Shown here: piece after piece, positions 35,716-47,311 of the stretch
Layout of the letters: every line of letters starts with the position of its first letter
Numbering within the stretch: the first letter of the stretch is position 1
NCBI RefSeq assembly: GCF_032191835.1
Contig: NC_083233.1
Location: 30,194,001 to 30,258,000 of the forward strand
Reading direction: 5' to 3'
Origin: Heteronotia binoei
Lineage: Eukaryota
Length of the DNA: 64,000 nt
Notes under the pieces: generated by a model
What the model was told of the DNA's origin: nothing
Seen by the model: only the letters and a program-made list of their open reading frames with translations
The model's database searches: none
Translations under genes and position numbers: made by a program

Positions 35716-36768
35716 TTCTGCCGCCAAATGTTCACTTATAGAAGTCTGCCATGAGAAGGACACCTTTGGTTCTAAGTCCATGTTTTAGACACAGTCCTTT
35801 TTTGGAATGTGCATGCATGCAAGAGAAATGCATCTAGTTCTAGAATGACAGATTCCTTAACAAACAAACTTTCTTACTAAGGAGGAGAATAAAAGACCCC
35901 AAATTGCATTAAATATGTTTTGTATAAACACCACTTTGTTTCAGAATTCAGACCTGGTACATTATTCCCTTTCCTTCATTTCAAAAGACTCCTAACATTC
36001 ACCTACTGAGGAAAAAATCCCCATAAACATAGCTGGAGATCCTGCTTACCTGGCCTCTTGCATAGCCTGGGTCTCCTTGCTAATTCCCCAGCATTCTCAG
36101 GAGACCCTCACAACCACCTAGGGTAACAGATTAATGTACATCCCCCCAAAAAGGCGGGAAAGGGAAAGATATATTAAAGGGGGGGGGGACTCTGTAACTA
36201 TTTTCTGAAAGAATGGAAGTGTGCAAGACCACACAGAAAGTGCATGCATCCATGAACAGATTGATATTAAGATACACATTAGAGCATGAAAAATCCTGCC
36301 TAAGCTCAGTCATTTAAGTAGCAAAGTAGTAATCAAACCTCATTAAACACATAGTTTGCATGTTCTGAAATATCCATCAAGATGGCTCTAATAAAATGAT
36401 AAACTCACTGGCACAGGAACAGATATCCCAGAAGGCGAGCTGGGTAAACAAGTCAGCCACAGTAATTATCAAACTACTTCTTAACAAAGTGTATTATAAA
36501 GATGGTGCCGTGACTGCACAATGAAAGGTGATCGGTAATTGCAGGGGCAGGGGGGCAAAGCATTTGTTTTGGTCCCTCAACAACAAATCATCCCTTTTCA
36601 AATGTTATTATTTCATTTACTTTAGAAGAAAAAAAATGTCAGGCCTTTGCAAACCGAAATGGAAATCCAATCTTCTAAGGAGAGAGGCTCAGTAATTCCT
36701 CTCCCCAGTGGAACCAATGGTCTGCTTTACTCTCAGTGAAAACAACAACAACAACAAGAACTAGAGAG

Positions 36769-37261
36769 TAGGGTTGCCAAGTCCAATTCAAGAAATATCT
36801 GGGGACTTTGGGGGTGGAGCCAGGAGACATTGGGGGTGGAGCCAGGAGCAAAGTTGTGACAAGCACAATTGAACTCCAAGGGAGTTCTGGCCATCACATT
36901 TCAAGGGACTGCACATCTTTTAAATGCCTTCCTTCCATAGGAAATAATGGATAGGGGCACCTTCTTTTGGGGCTCATAGAATTGGACCCCCTGGTCCAAT
37001 CTTTTTGAAACTTGGGAGGTATTTTGGGGAGAGGCGCTAGATGCTATACTGAAAATTTGGTGCCTCTATCTCAAAAAACAGCCCCCCTCGAGCCCCCAAT
37101 ACCCACGGATCAATTCCCCATCATTCCCTATGGGAATCGTTCATGGAGGTGCATGATGGCTCTGGGGGCGGGGCTTCCCCGGCCGGCCAGCTGGCTGGGG
37201 GAGGGGGGAAGCCTGTAAAACCGGGGGATCCCCCTCTGGGACCTGGGGATTGGGAAGCCTA
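36769..37261 (-). mobile_element. Family A hAT MITE
   Basis: TAGGGTTGCCA / TGGGAAGCCTA termini; perfect TSD CTAGAGAG at 36761-36768 and 37262-37269. Confidence 0.92.
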
Positions 37262-39381
37262 CTAGAGAGGGTCAGAGTGCATTGCTCCCCTTTCTTTAAA
37301 AAGATGGGTAAAGATGGAGGTGGAGTAGTCAAAAGAAGAGAAGAAACAGGAGAAGACATAGCAGGGAACCATTTGAGGGTGTGTGATAATCATTAATGAG
37401 CTTCTTTAATACTATGGAGTGAGCTGGTTGGGTCTATGACTTCCCATGTTGCTATAGTAGTCAGACATAAGGGGCAGACCATTTCAGGTCAGGAAAATGA
37501 TATAGGGAGACTGGAGCCCCTTTTCCATGTGCTTTATGGTCATGTTCCATATTAAGCATCACACACATGGGAAATCCAAACCCAGTGTTCACATCTCACT
37601 GTGACACAGGGTATATTTCACAATGGATAAAGAGTCCCATACAGCAAGTCTGAAGCTAAGGAAATCTATGTCTGGTTAGTGTCTGAATATGAGACCTCTG
37701 GAAGGAGACCCTCACGTCATTGTTGGATTATCATTCCAGCAAAGTATAGATCCTACCTTCTTGGGGATTCCGTGTAAACTTTAAGTTCTACATTGGAAGA
37801 AAGGTATGACAGTATAGCAAAAGAAACAAAGTTTGAAAATAGGTCCCAATTTGAAAGTGAACTCCATGTCAGAATAAGTTGTGATTGACCATTGTAAATT
37901 GAAGGGTGACTGTGACATCAGTAATTCACACTTCCAGTTGAAAGGCAGCAAGTGCTCCAGGAAGGAATAATTCAGGAGTAAGCAGCAGCATCCAAGCAGC
38001 AATAAGTATACCATATTGAACTGGAAATAGCATTTGCAGCTGTACGGCACCTTTGCATACCTCTGGTGCCCAAAACTGAGAGATGGAAACCAGATGGGAG
38101 ACACAGGTCTTGAAAACACTGTAATGGCCCTAAAAAAGCAAGCAGCGGGAGCAAGCTTTCTTACTGAAAGTGAAACCCACCAAATGAGTCCTGCTTTCCC
38201 ACAAAAAAAGAATAAATCAACATCTGTTTGCAAAGCCCGGAAAGAAGGCTAATGAAATACCACAGCAACTGATAGATTATTTGGCATGATCCTCTGTTCA
38301 GAATGCAGATAATTAAACAGATTAATCACAGGAGGGGGGGAGTAGTACGTAAAATAGAACAAAATCCTATTAGTTATGATTGCCATTCACTTTTGAGTTT
38401 TCATCATTTATCTGAGTTAACAAACCTAGAGAGAGCCCAAATAATCCATTTTTCCTACTTTCAAGACAGCTTCCCTAATTTTATTTATCGGGCAGGGGAG
38501 AATGCTCCCATTTGCAAGCCAAAATCCAACAGCTATTTTCTACAGGGGAAATCCCCGCCTTCCATTCCCCATAGCTCCCAATAAGCATGGTGATCTGTCA
38601 TGTGCTCACACATCAGTGCCTTTAAAACTACAAGTGGGATTAGCATCACTCTCCTGGGATATTCCCCTGCCTCATCACAACCGATTTGTCACAATGAGCA
38701 TCTAATTAAATGCATTATTCTTATTCAGGAGAGAAGCAAATAGTTGAACTACTTGGCTGACTTAGGCACGCAAGCCTTCCTCCTCCCTTCCTTGCTTTGC
38801 TATGTCAGACCCCAGGGGAATGCCCTGGGGGCCCTGGTGCATTAGGAAATCAGTGAATCTCAGCTCCCCCACAAATGCTCCTTCACCGTTTGCTGTAACG
38901 GTTGGATGAATACGGTTGGATGAATAAGTCCCCATATATTCACGGGGCTCATGCTTCAGGGTAAGCACTGAACCAAGCATCTCACTGTTCTCTTTCATCA
39001 TTTCCCCCCTTCTTTTGGTTGCTACAAATGAACCACAATGAAGGCATCAAGGCCTCAGGGTGAAAGGTGGGGAGACAGATCATACCAACTGCCTTGAGAG
39101 GTCAGGATGGTTTGAGAGGTAGTCACAGCTATGGAGTCACTTTGGTAAGTGAGCAGGAGTTAACATACAGAGTTAACATGCAGAGTTTCTCTTCTAACAC
39201 TGAAATGCCATTTGCAGAATGAATCAGTACAACAAACAGCAGCACATATTTCATTTTATTTAGATAAGGATCTTTAGAAGAGCACGGATGGATCTGATTA
39301 ATAGTCCAGCTAGCCAGGAATCCTATTTGCTTTGAACACAAAGGTTCAATTTTAGTAAGTGTGCAAATAACCACTGGTGAT

Positions 39382-39621
39382 AGGGCTGACAGGTTGCCCC
39401 TGGCCACTAATGGGGGATAGGGCTTCCAGCTTGGGAAACTTCTGGAAAATTGGGGGTGGAGTTTGGGGAGGAGAGGGACCTCAGTGGGCTACAATACCAC
39501 AAAGTCCACCCCCCCAAAAAATATCCATTTTCTCCAGGGGAACTCATCTCTATAGTCTGGATATAAATTGTAACTCTGGGGGATCCCCAGGTTCCTCCTG
39601 GAGGCTGGCATCGCATCCCTA
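39382..39621 (+). mobile_element. Family B hAT MITE, degenerate
   Basis: ccattttctccagggggaactcatctctatagtctgga core; ends ...catcccta. Confidence 0.65.
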
Positions 39622-39641
39622 ACTGATTTAATCCGCCCGAG

Positions 39642-39831
39642 CAGGACTTTTTTTGTAGGAAAAGCCAAGTAGGAATTCATTTGCATATTAGGCCACACCC
39701 CTGACATTACCATTGTTTCACATAGGACTTGTTTTGATAGAAAAAGCCCAGTGGGTATTCATTTGCATATTAGGCCACACCCCCTGACACTAAGCTATCT
39801 GGAGCTGCGTTCCTGCTCAAAAAAAGCCCTG
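39642..39831 (+). mobile_element. Family C MITE
   Basis: CAGGACTTTTTT...AAAAAAGCCCTG; two atttgcatattaggccacacccc units; 6 of 8 TSD match. Confidence 0.85.
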
Positions 39832-41389
39832 CTCCCAAGTCTAACCTTTATTTCCAATAATTTACAGTAGTGACCATTGTTGCACTGTGCAGCACAAAGT
39901 TGTACAAATTAATGATGGACCATCTTCAATGGCAGTAGCCATGACCAGTAGACTCAGGTTTTAGAACATGAATAGTATAGAATAAATGTTGGTTACAGAA
40001 GCCCTGCTAATAAATGGGTGAAATGTATCTGGGAGGAAATTGCTCCAATGGAAAATCTCTTTCAATTTGGCTCCTGTTTAATGCCGACAAGCTTCCATAT
40101 CTGACGGATTTTTTTTTCCTTCCCAACTTGGCAGGACTCACACTTGTGCATCTATTTGGGTTCACATACAAAGCAGCATCTCTACCAGCCAACATCCCCC
40201 TCCCTCCTTTAAAAAACAGAATAGTTTATGTAATTAACGTCCAAGGCAATGAGTGAACTATTGTTCCATTTACAATGTCTGTACCAATTGCCTGCCAAGT
40301 CACTGTCGCTACCAGTATTTAACTCATTACTTTGTCAATCCCTTTGAGATCCATTGAGGAAAGAAAAGGCTCTTTTGTCAAGCCACATTCCATTCTTTTT
40401 AGCATTCAAAAGGCCAGCCCCTTTGCAGTCCAGATGTGGGCATGCCTGCTTGCTTTAACTGGGCACCCAGCACAAAGAAGGGATCTGGCAAGCCCCTTCC
40501 CCTCTTTTGCTGACAGATGTGGATTCATGCCAAATGTTAAAAAAAAAAATCATCTCAATTTCAGCACAAAAGAGCCATTGTATGCCAGGGCACAGTTAGC
40601 AAAGTACAGTTGCTAACAGAAAAATAAACTGGGATGGGATGCAAGACAAAATATTCAGAGGAGATGTTATCTCAGCATGGGTCTATTGACAAGGGCTAGA
40701 AGTCACACAGGCCTATCAGAAAGGTAGGCCATCCACCACCTGCCGCTTTGTGTACTGATGTATTCCCTAAGCAGCATGGTGATTGTTTAGATATGAATGA
40801 AGGTACCCTATGCCATTTCTTTCTTCTCCCCTCTATATATTTGCTTCTTCCTAAGGGGTTTCTCTTCTAGAGTTTTAACTGCTAGCTTTATAAATATATT
40901 TGGCTGGCAGAGTTACATTGTACAGTTGTTGTTTTTAAATTTGCACGTTAATTTGTAATTTATTTATATTGTATTGTTTCTCTTTATTTAAACATACAAC
41001 ATATGCTATTTATACAACTTCTACAGAGTGTATGAACAAGAACTGAATATAATGCAATGTCCATTTATTGACTAGCAACTAATGCTTTAAACTTGCATAA
41101 TTTTGACAGGGAAATGTTGTCACAAGGAAATACAGAACAGAGCAATATAAAGCATCACCAATTCTATGTGTACAAGGGAGAAAGTAAATCAAAGTGCAGG
41201 TTTCCATGGCAAAGGATAAGAAAACTGAAATCATCCCGACCTGCGTATCTGTGATAGGCAAAGCAATCTGATAGAAAGAACAGTTCAAATTATATATCAC
41301 TCTACTAGGTTGCCATCACCTTTCCCAGCTGTAGTGCCAGGCTAGTGATGTCCTATATAATGGTTTCAATACTCCCATGTGAGCTCTCT

Positions 41390-41645
41390 GCTTCACAATA
41401 AAAGTGGAAGTCCAGCGACACCAGCATCAGCTTTCTTGAGCCAGCACTCACTTCAGGTGCACATAGTGGCAATATGAATGCAGGCAGTTACTTGTAACTT
41501 TAGGTATACGTAGACCTGTTATGTATAAATATGGCTGTTATATATTTATCTGATGAAGTGAGCTTTGAGTCAAGAAAACTGATGCTGGGATTAATAAGGA
41601 TTAAATTTCAAGGTACTGCTGGACTCTTGTTTGATTCTGCTGTCA
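41390..41645. repeat. Inverted Penelope-type terminal repeat pair
   Basis: Left agtccagcgacaccagcatcagctttcttgagcc...cacttcag; right tatCTGATGAagtgagctttgagtcaaGAAAactgatgc...aaggtactgctggactc. Confidence 0.55.
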
Positions 41646-41899
41646 TAACATGCATTTGTGTGTAAAGGGCCACCAAGTCTTATGGTGTTCCCAGCAAGGT
41701 GCTTTCAAGGCAAGTGAGAAGCAGAGATGGTTTGCCACTGCCTTCCTCTGCAGAGTCTTTCTTGGTGAGTGTTAAAAGGGAGAGAATAAATCTCATAGTC
41801 TGAATTGTGGTAAAGCAAGCTAGCGTATTGAGTGCTTTGGGAAGAGACTGCAGTTGATTCCAGGCCCAGTTTCTGAGGGGAAAAAACACTGTAAAATTC

Positions 41900-42020
41900 T
41901 TTCCAGATGGATAGCCATGTTGGTCTGAAGCAATAGAATAGAGTCCAGTGGAACCTTTAAGACCAACAATTTTTTATTCAAGGTATGATTTTTTGTGTGT
42001 ATGCACACTTCTTCAGATTA
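41900..42020 (-). repeat. Penelope-type terminal repeat with a hammerhead-like core
   Basis: Reverse complement atCTGAAGAagtgtgcatacacacAAAAaatcataccttgaataaaaaattgttggtcttaaagg. Confidence 0.65.
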
Positions 42021-42508
42021 AAAAGAAATGCAATTTCTGAGAGGAGTTCACATTTACACTGAGAGAATCTTGAAAGCAAGGGAAAGTCACTCTTTACCTC
42101 AAGAATAAAATCTTAGCTATTGACTGTTCTGTGCACCCAAGCGTTAACATCTGAAATGTTATATTTTAATATGCCCAGCAAAAGTCATGTGTTATTTAAA
42201 TAGTTTTAAACCTCATTACTAAAACTCCTTATTTCTTCTGTCTCTGGTACCAAATAAAAGTTATTATTTTTCCCTGTTTCCCTGATGTCTATATGTAATA
42301 ACAGTATTCAGAAGACCACTTGGGTTGAATCTATCAGTAAAAAGCTGAGTAGAGACCACCGGTCAAACTATGCAGCACACTCCTTCTTAAACAGTCTTTA
42401 AAAGCACAGCTATCATCTTAGATTGATAAAAAAAATAACACATTCATGCAATTATACTTTACAACAGCTGCCTGCCTACTTTTTTAACTGCTGATAGACA
42501 TATATATG

Positions 42509-42645
42509 NNNNNNNNNNNNNNNNNNNNNNNNNNNNNNNNNNNNNNNNNNNNNNNNNNNNNNNNNNNNNNNNNNNNNNNNNNNNNNNNNNNNNNNNNNNN
42601 NNNNNNNNNNNNNNNNNNNNNNNNNNNNNNNNNNNNNNNNNNNNN
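42509..42645. other. Assembly gap (137 N)
   Basis: Direct observation. Confidence 1.
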
Positions 42646-42703
42646 GATTTCAACTGTTAGTCGCCTTGCAGACCTTGGGGTGAAATATAGATGGGATACT
42701 CAT

Positions 42704-43105
42704 AGCTTTTTTTGAGCAAGAATGCACAAGAACACAGTTCTGGCTGGTGTGGCACCAGGGGGTGTGGTCTAATATTCAAATGAAGAAGAAGAAGATGAAG
42801 ATATTGGATTTATATCCCACTCTCCACTCTGAAGAGTCTCAGAGCGGCTCACAATCTCCTTTACCTTCCTCCCCCACAACAGACACCCTGTGAGGTGGGT
42901 GGGGCTGAGAGGGCTCTCACAGCAGCTGCCTTTTCAAGGACAACCTTTGCCAGAGCTATGGCTGACCCTAGGCCATTCCAGCAGGTGCAAGTGGAGGAGT
43001 GGGGAATCAAACCCGGTTCTTCCAGATAAGAGTCCGCACACTTAACCACTACACCAAACTGGCTCTCCTGGTTCCTGCTGGGCTTTTTCTACAAAAAAAG
43101 CCTTG
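42704..43105 (-). mobile_element. Family C MITE split by a SINE insertion
   Basis: ttttttgagcaagaatgc...gggggtgtggtctaatattcaaat before 42782; gttcctgctgggctttttctacaaaaaaagcc after 43067. Confidence 0.75.
42782..43067 (-). mobile_element. Squam3-like SINE (young copy)
   Basis: Full length with (GAA)n tail; nearly identical to 44091-44372. Confidence 0.9.
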
Positions 43106-43199
43106 GGTTACTTAACAAAAATATCATGACCATAATGCAGCTGAAAGGGGCAAGGTTATTTGGGACAGAAGAATAATGAGATATGGACTCAGGAATTTA

Positions 43200-43810
43200 A
43201 ATGAAATATTATATTGTTAGATAAATTCTGAAGATAAAGTCTACCTTTTAAAGAATAGGCACACCAAGAAAACTGTCCATAAGGGAAAGTTCAATTATTA
43301 GGTAAATTCTGAAGTGTCTAACTTTTAACAGGCTAGGCACACAGAGAACACTGTCCATAAGGGAAAGTTCTGTTTGCCATTTCCTTGCCATCAATTGTTG
43401 TATTTCTAGTAGGGGGTTCTCTTAGGCCGATTTCGCACTAGAGCTTTAATCCTGATTTAACTTTGTCCCCAAACTGACTTTCTACACTAAAACCATAGAA
43501 TCATAGAGTCATAAAGTTGGTTTCTCTGACTCTATGATTCTAGTGTAGAAAGTCAGTTTGGGGATAGAGTTAAACCAGGATTAAAGCTCTAGTGCGAAAT
43601 CGGCCTTAATGTATTCCTCACTAGCATGTCCTTAAAATTTCTGGATCTTTTAAAAATAAAAAGAAGGGGAGAACTACATCTTGGGATTTCAAATAGGAGG
43701 TACCACTTTATTTGTATTATCCCTCTCACTTGAGTGTATACACCGTTGTACAACAAGGTGATAACCATCCTATTTGTAGTTTGTTTTCTAACCTTGGACA
43801 TTAACAAATA
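43200..43810 (-). mobile_element. Penelope-like element fragment (post-RT region and Cys knuckle)
   Basis: IQIKWYLLFEIPRCSSPLLFIFKRSRNFKDMLVRNT, continuing past the MITE as LREPP...RTFPYGQCSLCA. Confidence 0.7.
43425..43605. mobile_element. PIF/Harbinger-type MITE (181 bp)
   Basis: Long TIRs GGCCGATTTCGCACTAGAGCTTTAATCC; 3-bp TSD TTA at 43422-43424 and 43606-43608. Confidence 0.92.
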
Positions 43811-43952
43811 TTATACTGGAGTGCTTCTGACCTTATAAAAAGCTTACTTTAAAATTTTAGATGCATGATCCCTGCCAGCCAGTTGATTGATCAATTCCTG
43901 GTCTTCTCTGCAGAAATCTACAATTCCTTCTTAATGTCAAAAGGTGGGAATA

Positions 43953-43971
43953 GTGTGTGTGTGTGTGTATG

Positions 43972-44006
<35 letters not shown>
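43953..44006. repeat. (TG)n-ATGCAT-(AC)n microsatellite palindrome
   Basis: Direct observation. Confidence 0.95.
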
Positions 44007-44009
<3 letters not shown>

Positions 44010-44090
44010 GTGTTGTAGAAAAATAGGTGGTTGAGCTCATTAGCATTACATTAGCTCCCCCACCAGCCAAAACCACCCAATGCAAGAAAG

Positions 44091-44372
44091 GAGAGCCAGT
44101 TTGGTGTAGTGGTTAATTGTGCGGACTCTTATCTGGAAGAACCGGGTTTGATTCCCCTCTCCTCCACTTGCACCTGCTGGCATGGCCTTGGGTCAGCCAT
44201 AGCTCTGGCAGAGGTTGTCCTTAAAAGGGCAGCTGCTGTGAGAGCCCTCTCCAGCCCCACCCACCTCACAGGGTGTCTGTTGTGGGGGAGGAAGGTAAAG
44301 GAGATTGTGAGCCGCTCTGAGACTCTTCGGAGTGGAAGGCGGAATATAAATCCAATATCTTCTTCTTCTTCT
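44091..44372 (+). mobile_element. Squam3-like SINE (young copy)
   Basis: gagagccagtttggtgtagtggttaa head, gtgagccgctctgagact tail and (TCT)n end. Confidence 0.9.
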
Positions 44373-44670
44373 CGCCCCCAGTCAGCTGGCCAGCAGGGGG
44401 AAGCCCCTCCCCCACAGCCATCATGTGGCTTTCCCCCTCCGGAGGCTTCAGTCTCTACTTGAGAAAGCCTTCCTCTTTGGATGGTGTGTCTGCGTCTTTA
44501 AGGCTGAAGGGGAGTGGGGGGGGGGGAGGAGGTAGAACAACATGGCTGTGAAAGGAGCCCAGACCCTCCATTTGTTGCACATTCCTTGCAGAGGTCGATT
44601 GCATAGTGTGAAGGTAAACTTGAACCTTTGGTTGCCCTGTGTTACTGTGTTACTGTGAAAAACTCATGAG

Positions 44671-45139
44671 TAGAGGTGCCAATCCCCAGGTGGGGGCAGG
44701 GGAGCCCCAGTTTGGAGGCCCTCTGGAGCTTCAGGGTCATCAGAAATGGGGGGGGAGGAGGGAGGGAAATGTCTGCTGGACCATAGGGTATACTGGAGAA
44801 TTAATCCTGGGGTATCTGGGGCTCTGGAGGGGCAGGTTTTTGAGGTAGAGGTACCACATTTTCAGTGTAGCATCCGATGTCTTCTCAAAATGCTCTCCAA
44901 GTTTCAAAAAGATTGGACCAGGGGGTCCAATTTTATGAGTCCCAAAAGAAGGTGCCCCTATTTTTCATTATTTCTAATGTAGGGAAGGAATTAAAAAGGT
45001 ATGTGGTCCCTTAAAGGCCAGAACTTCCTTTGGAGTTCAATTGTGCTTGTCACAATTTTGGTTATGGCTCCACCCCAGTGTCTCCTGGCTCCACCCTCAA
45101 AGTCCTGAGATATTTCTTGAATTGGACTTGGCAACCCTA
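44671..45139 (+). mobile_element. Family A hAT MITE
   Basis: TAGAGGTGCCA...TGGCAACCCTA; collinear with 61096-61601; TSD not clear. Confidence 0.85.
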
Positions 45140-45329
45140 CCCAGGCAATCAAGGCCTACTGGCCTCACTCCCCTGGGGTTTTCCTTGGCCACACACCCCA
45201 CAGTCAAAAAGGCCAGTAAGCCACCTGCTGCCCAAAATCAAATAAGAAGTAGAGAAAGGGCGGCATGGGCTTCCCCAGGAGTTAATGAGAGCTGCTGGGG
45301 TATGGCAAAGCTCCTGGTGGCTGGCTGGC

Positions 45330-45960
45330 TGCCCGCTTTTCTAATCCAGGGATTGTTGTGCAGCTGCACCTACTATCACCTGCTAGATAGGAATTGACAT
45401 CTCTAGTTTTCCTATAGACATCAGTTTGTACTATGGTACCAACCTTTTTAACCTCCACATCTGGAAAAAAAAAACCTAGGCCTATTGTATGGCATATCAA
45501 ATTTAATTGTCTTATGGACAGTGTTAATGTATTGGTCAAAGCAGGTTAGTAGTTCCTCAGTGCCCTTCCAGATAATGAAAATATCATCCAGGTATGTGTT
45601 ATAAATCTCCCCCCATTTTCCATATAGATGTTTTATATATTTTTAAAATAAATCTTTTTTATATAGACTTTTTCCCCTGAATAATATTGTTTTCTAATTT
45701 CTCCATAAAATTTGGCTAACTTTGGAGCAAACCTGTGCCAGAAACTTGTCAAATCAACCTATTCTGAAACAGATTTTTTTTTTCTTAAAGCATAATTTGG
45801 CTATCTGGCACATCAAAGATGTAGGTGAGTATTAATTGTGCTCTCTCCTATCAAGCACATAATATTAAAAAGCCTCATCCTATGGGATATTGGTGCAAAG
45901 GGAAACAACATCCAGTGTCACAAATAATACCTCCTCAGTAGAACAAATTTTTGGTCCAGT
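45330..45960 (-). mobile_element. Penelope-like element RT fragment, decayed
   Basis: Minus-strand motifs LFVTLDVVSL, TNIP, GTGFAPKLA, YLDDIFIIWKGTEELL...INTVHKTIKF, PDVEVKK...TDVYRK. Confidence 0.85.
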
Positions 45961-45984
45961 AGAACCTTTAAGTGTTATAAAAAC

Positions 45985-46171
45985 AGGGTCCCTAGCTCTA
46001 ACTTGGGAAATTCCTGAAGATTTGGAAAGTGGACTCTGGGGAGGGTAGAGTTTTGGGAGGAGGGAGCTCAGCAGTGTATAACTGCCATTTTCTACAGGAG
46101 AACTGATATCTGTAGTCTGCAGATGAGTTGTAATTCCTGGAGATGTCCAGGCCCCACCTGGAAGTTGACAA
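45985..46171 (+). mobile_element. Family B hAT MITE
   Basis: ccattttctacaggagaactgatatctgtagtctg...ccaggccccacctggaagttgacaac. Confidence 0.7.
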
Positions 46172-47250
46172 CTTTATGCCCTCAATATCCAACACATCAC
46201 AAAATAATAGTGGTGATCTGAATTCTTTTGGATAGTTCATAGATCATAAATTCTCAGTGTAACATTGTCCACTGTCAATGTGGCTGCCTGGACTTCCTAG
46301 ATCATGCAACAAAAACAAGATAATATCTCATGGATTTAAACTGGGTGAGCATACAAAGTTCATAGTCATTGATTTCAGTACTATCTTTTCTTTTCCAGAA
46401 AAAGGTATATATTATACATTGAACAGCCTCTTTCCCTCCCTCAACACACAAAATGAATTCCTATCTAAAACAGACATACCACATTAAGCAAGGTTAAAGC
46501 CAAAGGGATCCCATTTCCTTAGATTACAGTAGAATTAATTGATGTGTTTAATCAAAGAGATGCTACTTGGCAACCACATAAAGCATCTATTCTCTTGAGA
46601 TCTTCTGAACAATATTGGCAGACGGGCTGTCTTTAAACAAACACAAAAACACCACCAACAAGGCAAGCTTATTTGGAGCTAAGCTCCGTTAGTTAAAAAT
46701 AAATGTAATACTCTGTACCACTTTCCACCTGACCCCTGCCTTTTCTTAAATAGCCCATTAACCCTTTTTTTAAAAAAATACAGCAGCCCACAAACAAGGA
46801 TTTTAGAGACAGATGCTGCAAATGTAAAAATTCAAAGATATAAAGCACTGAAGAGCAAAACAACAGTTGGGTTGTATTGTTATATTGGTGAGCAGCAACG
46901 ATGAATGGCTTGGCTTCTAAAGAAAGTCACACAAAACCAATGTCTCTTGTACTGAGTAAATAATTTTGCCTGCATTCTAATTAGACAGTGGGCAAATTAC
47001 ACTCTAGTTATCTATGTTTGGTCTGCTTTACACAGCCTTTTTTAAGGTGTAAAGAGTCACCTTCTGTATTTGTTTGACAACTTTGTGAAAGTGTACCTAC
47101 CTGTGATACAATCACATTTATCTATATCTACAAGAACCAGCTTCCATCGAGGCATTATGACAGCAGTTCCCTTCTATCCTATGCCAGTCTCCATTGGAAG
47201 TGGGAAAGAATCTTCAAGAGTCTTACCTAAACTCCACTGTGACTCTGAAG

Positions 47251-47311
47251 AGAATGAATGAATGAATGAATGAATGAGCGAACGAATGAATGAACAAACG
47301 AATGAACAAAT
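47251..47311 (+). repeat. (GAAT)n microsatellite
   Basis: Direct observation. Confidence 0.95.

Noticed and set aside
42459-42715. ORFs spanning the N run
   Set aside because: Artifacts of the assembly gap
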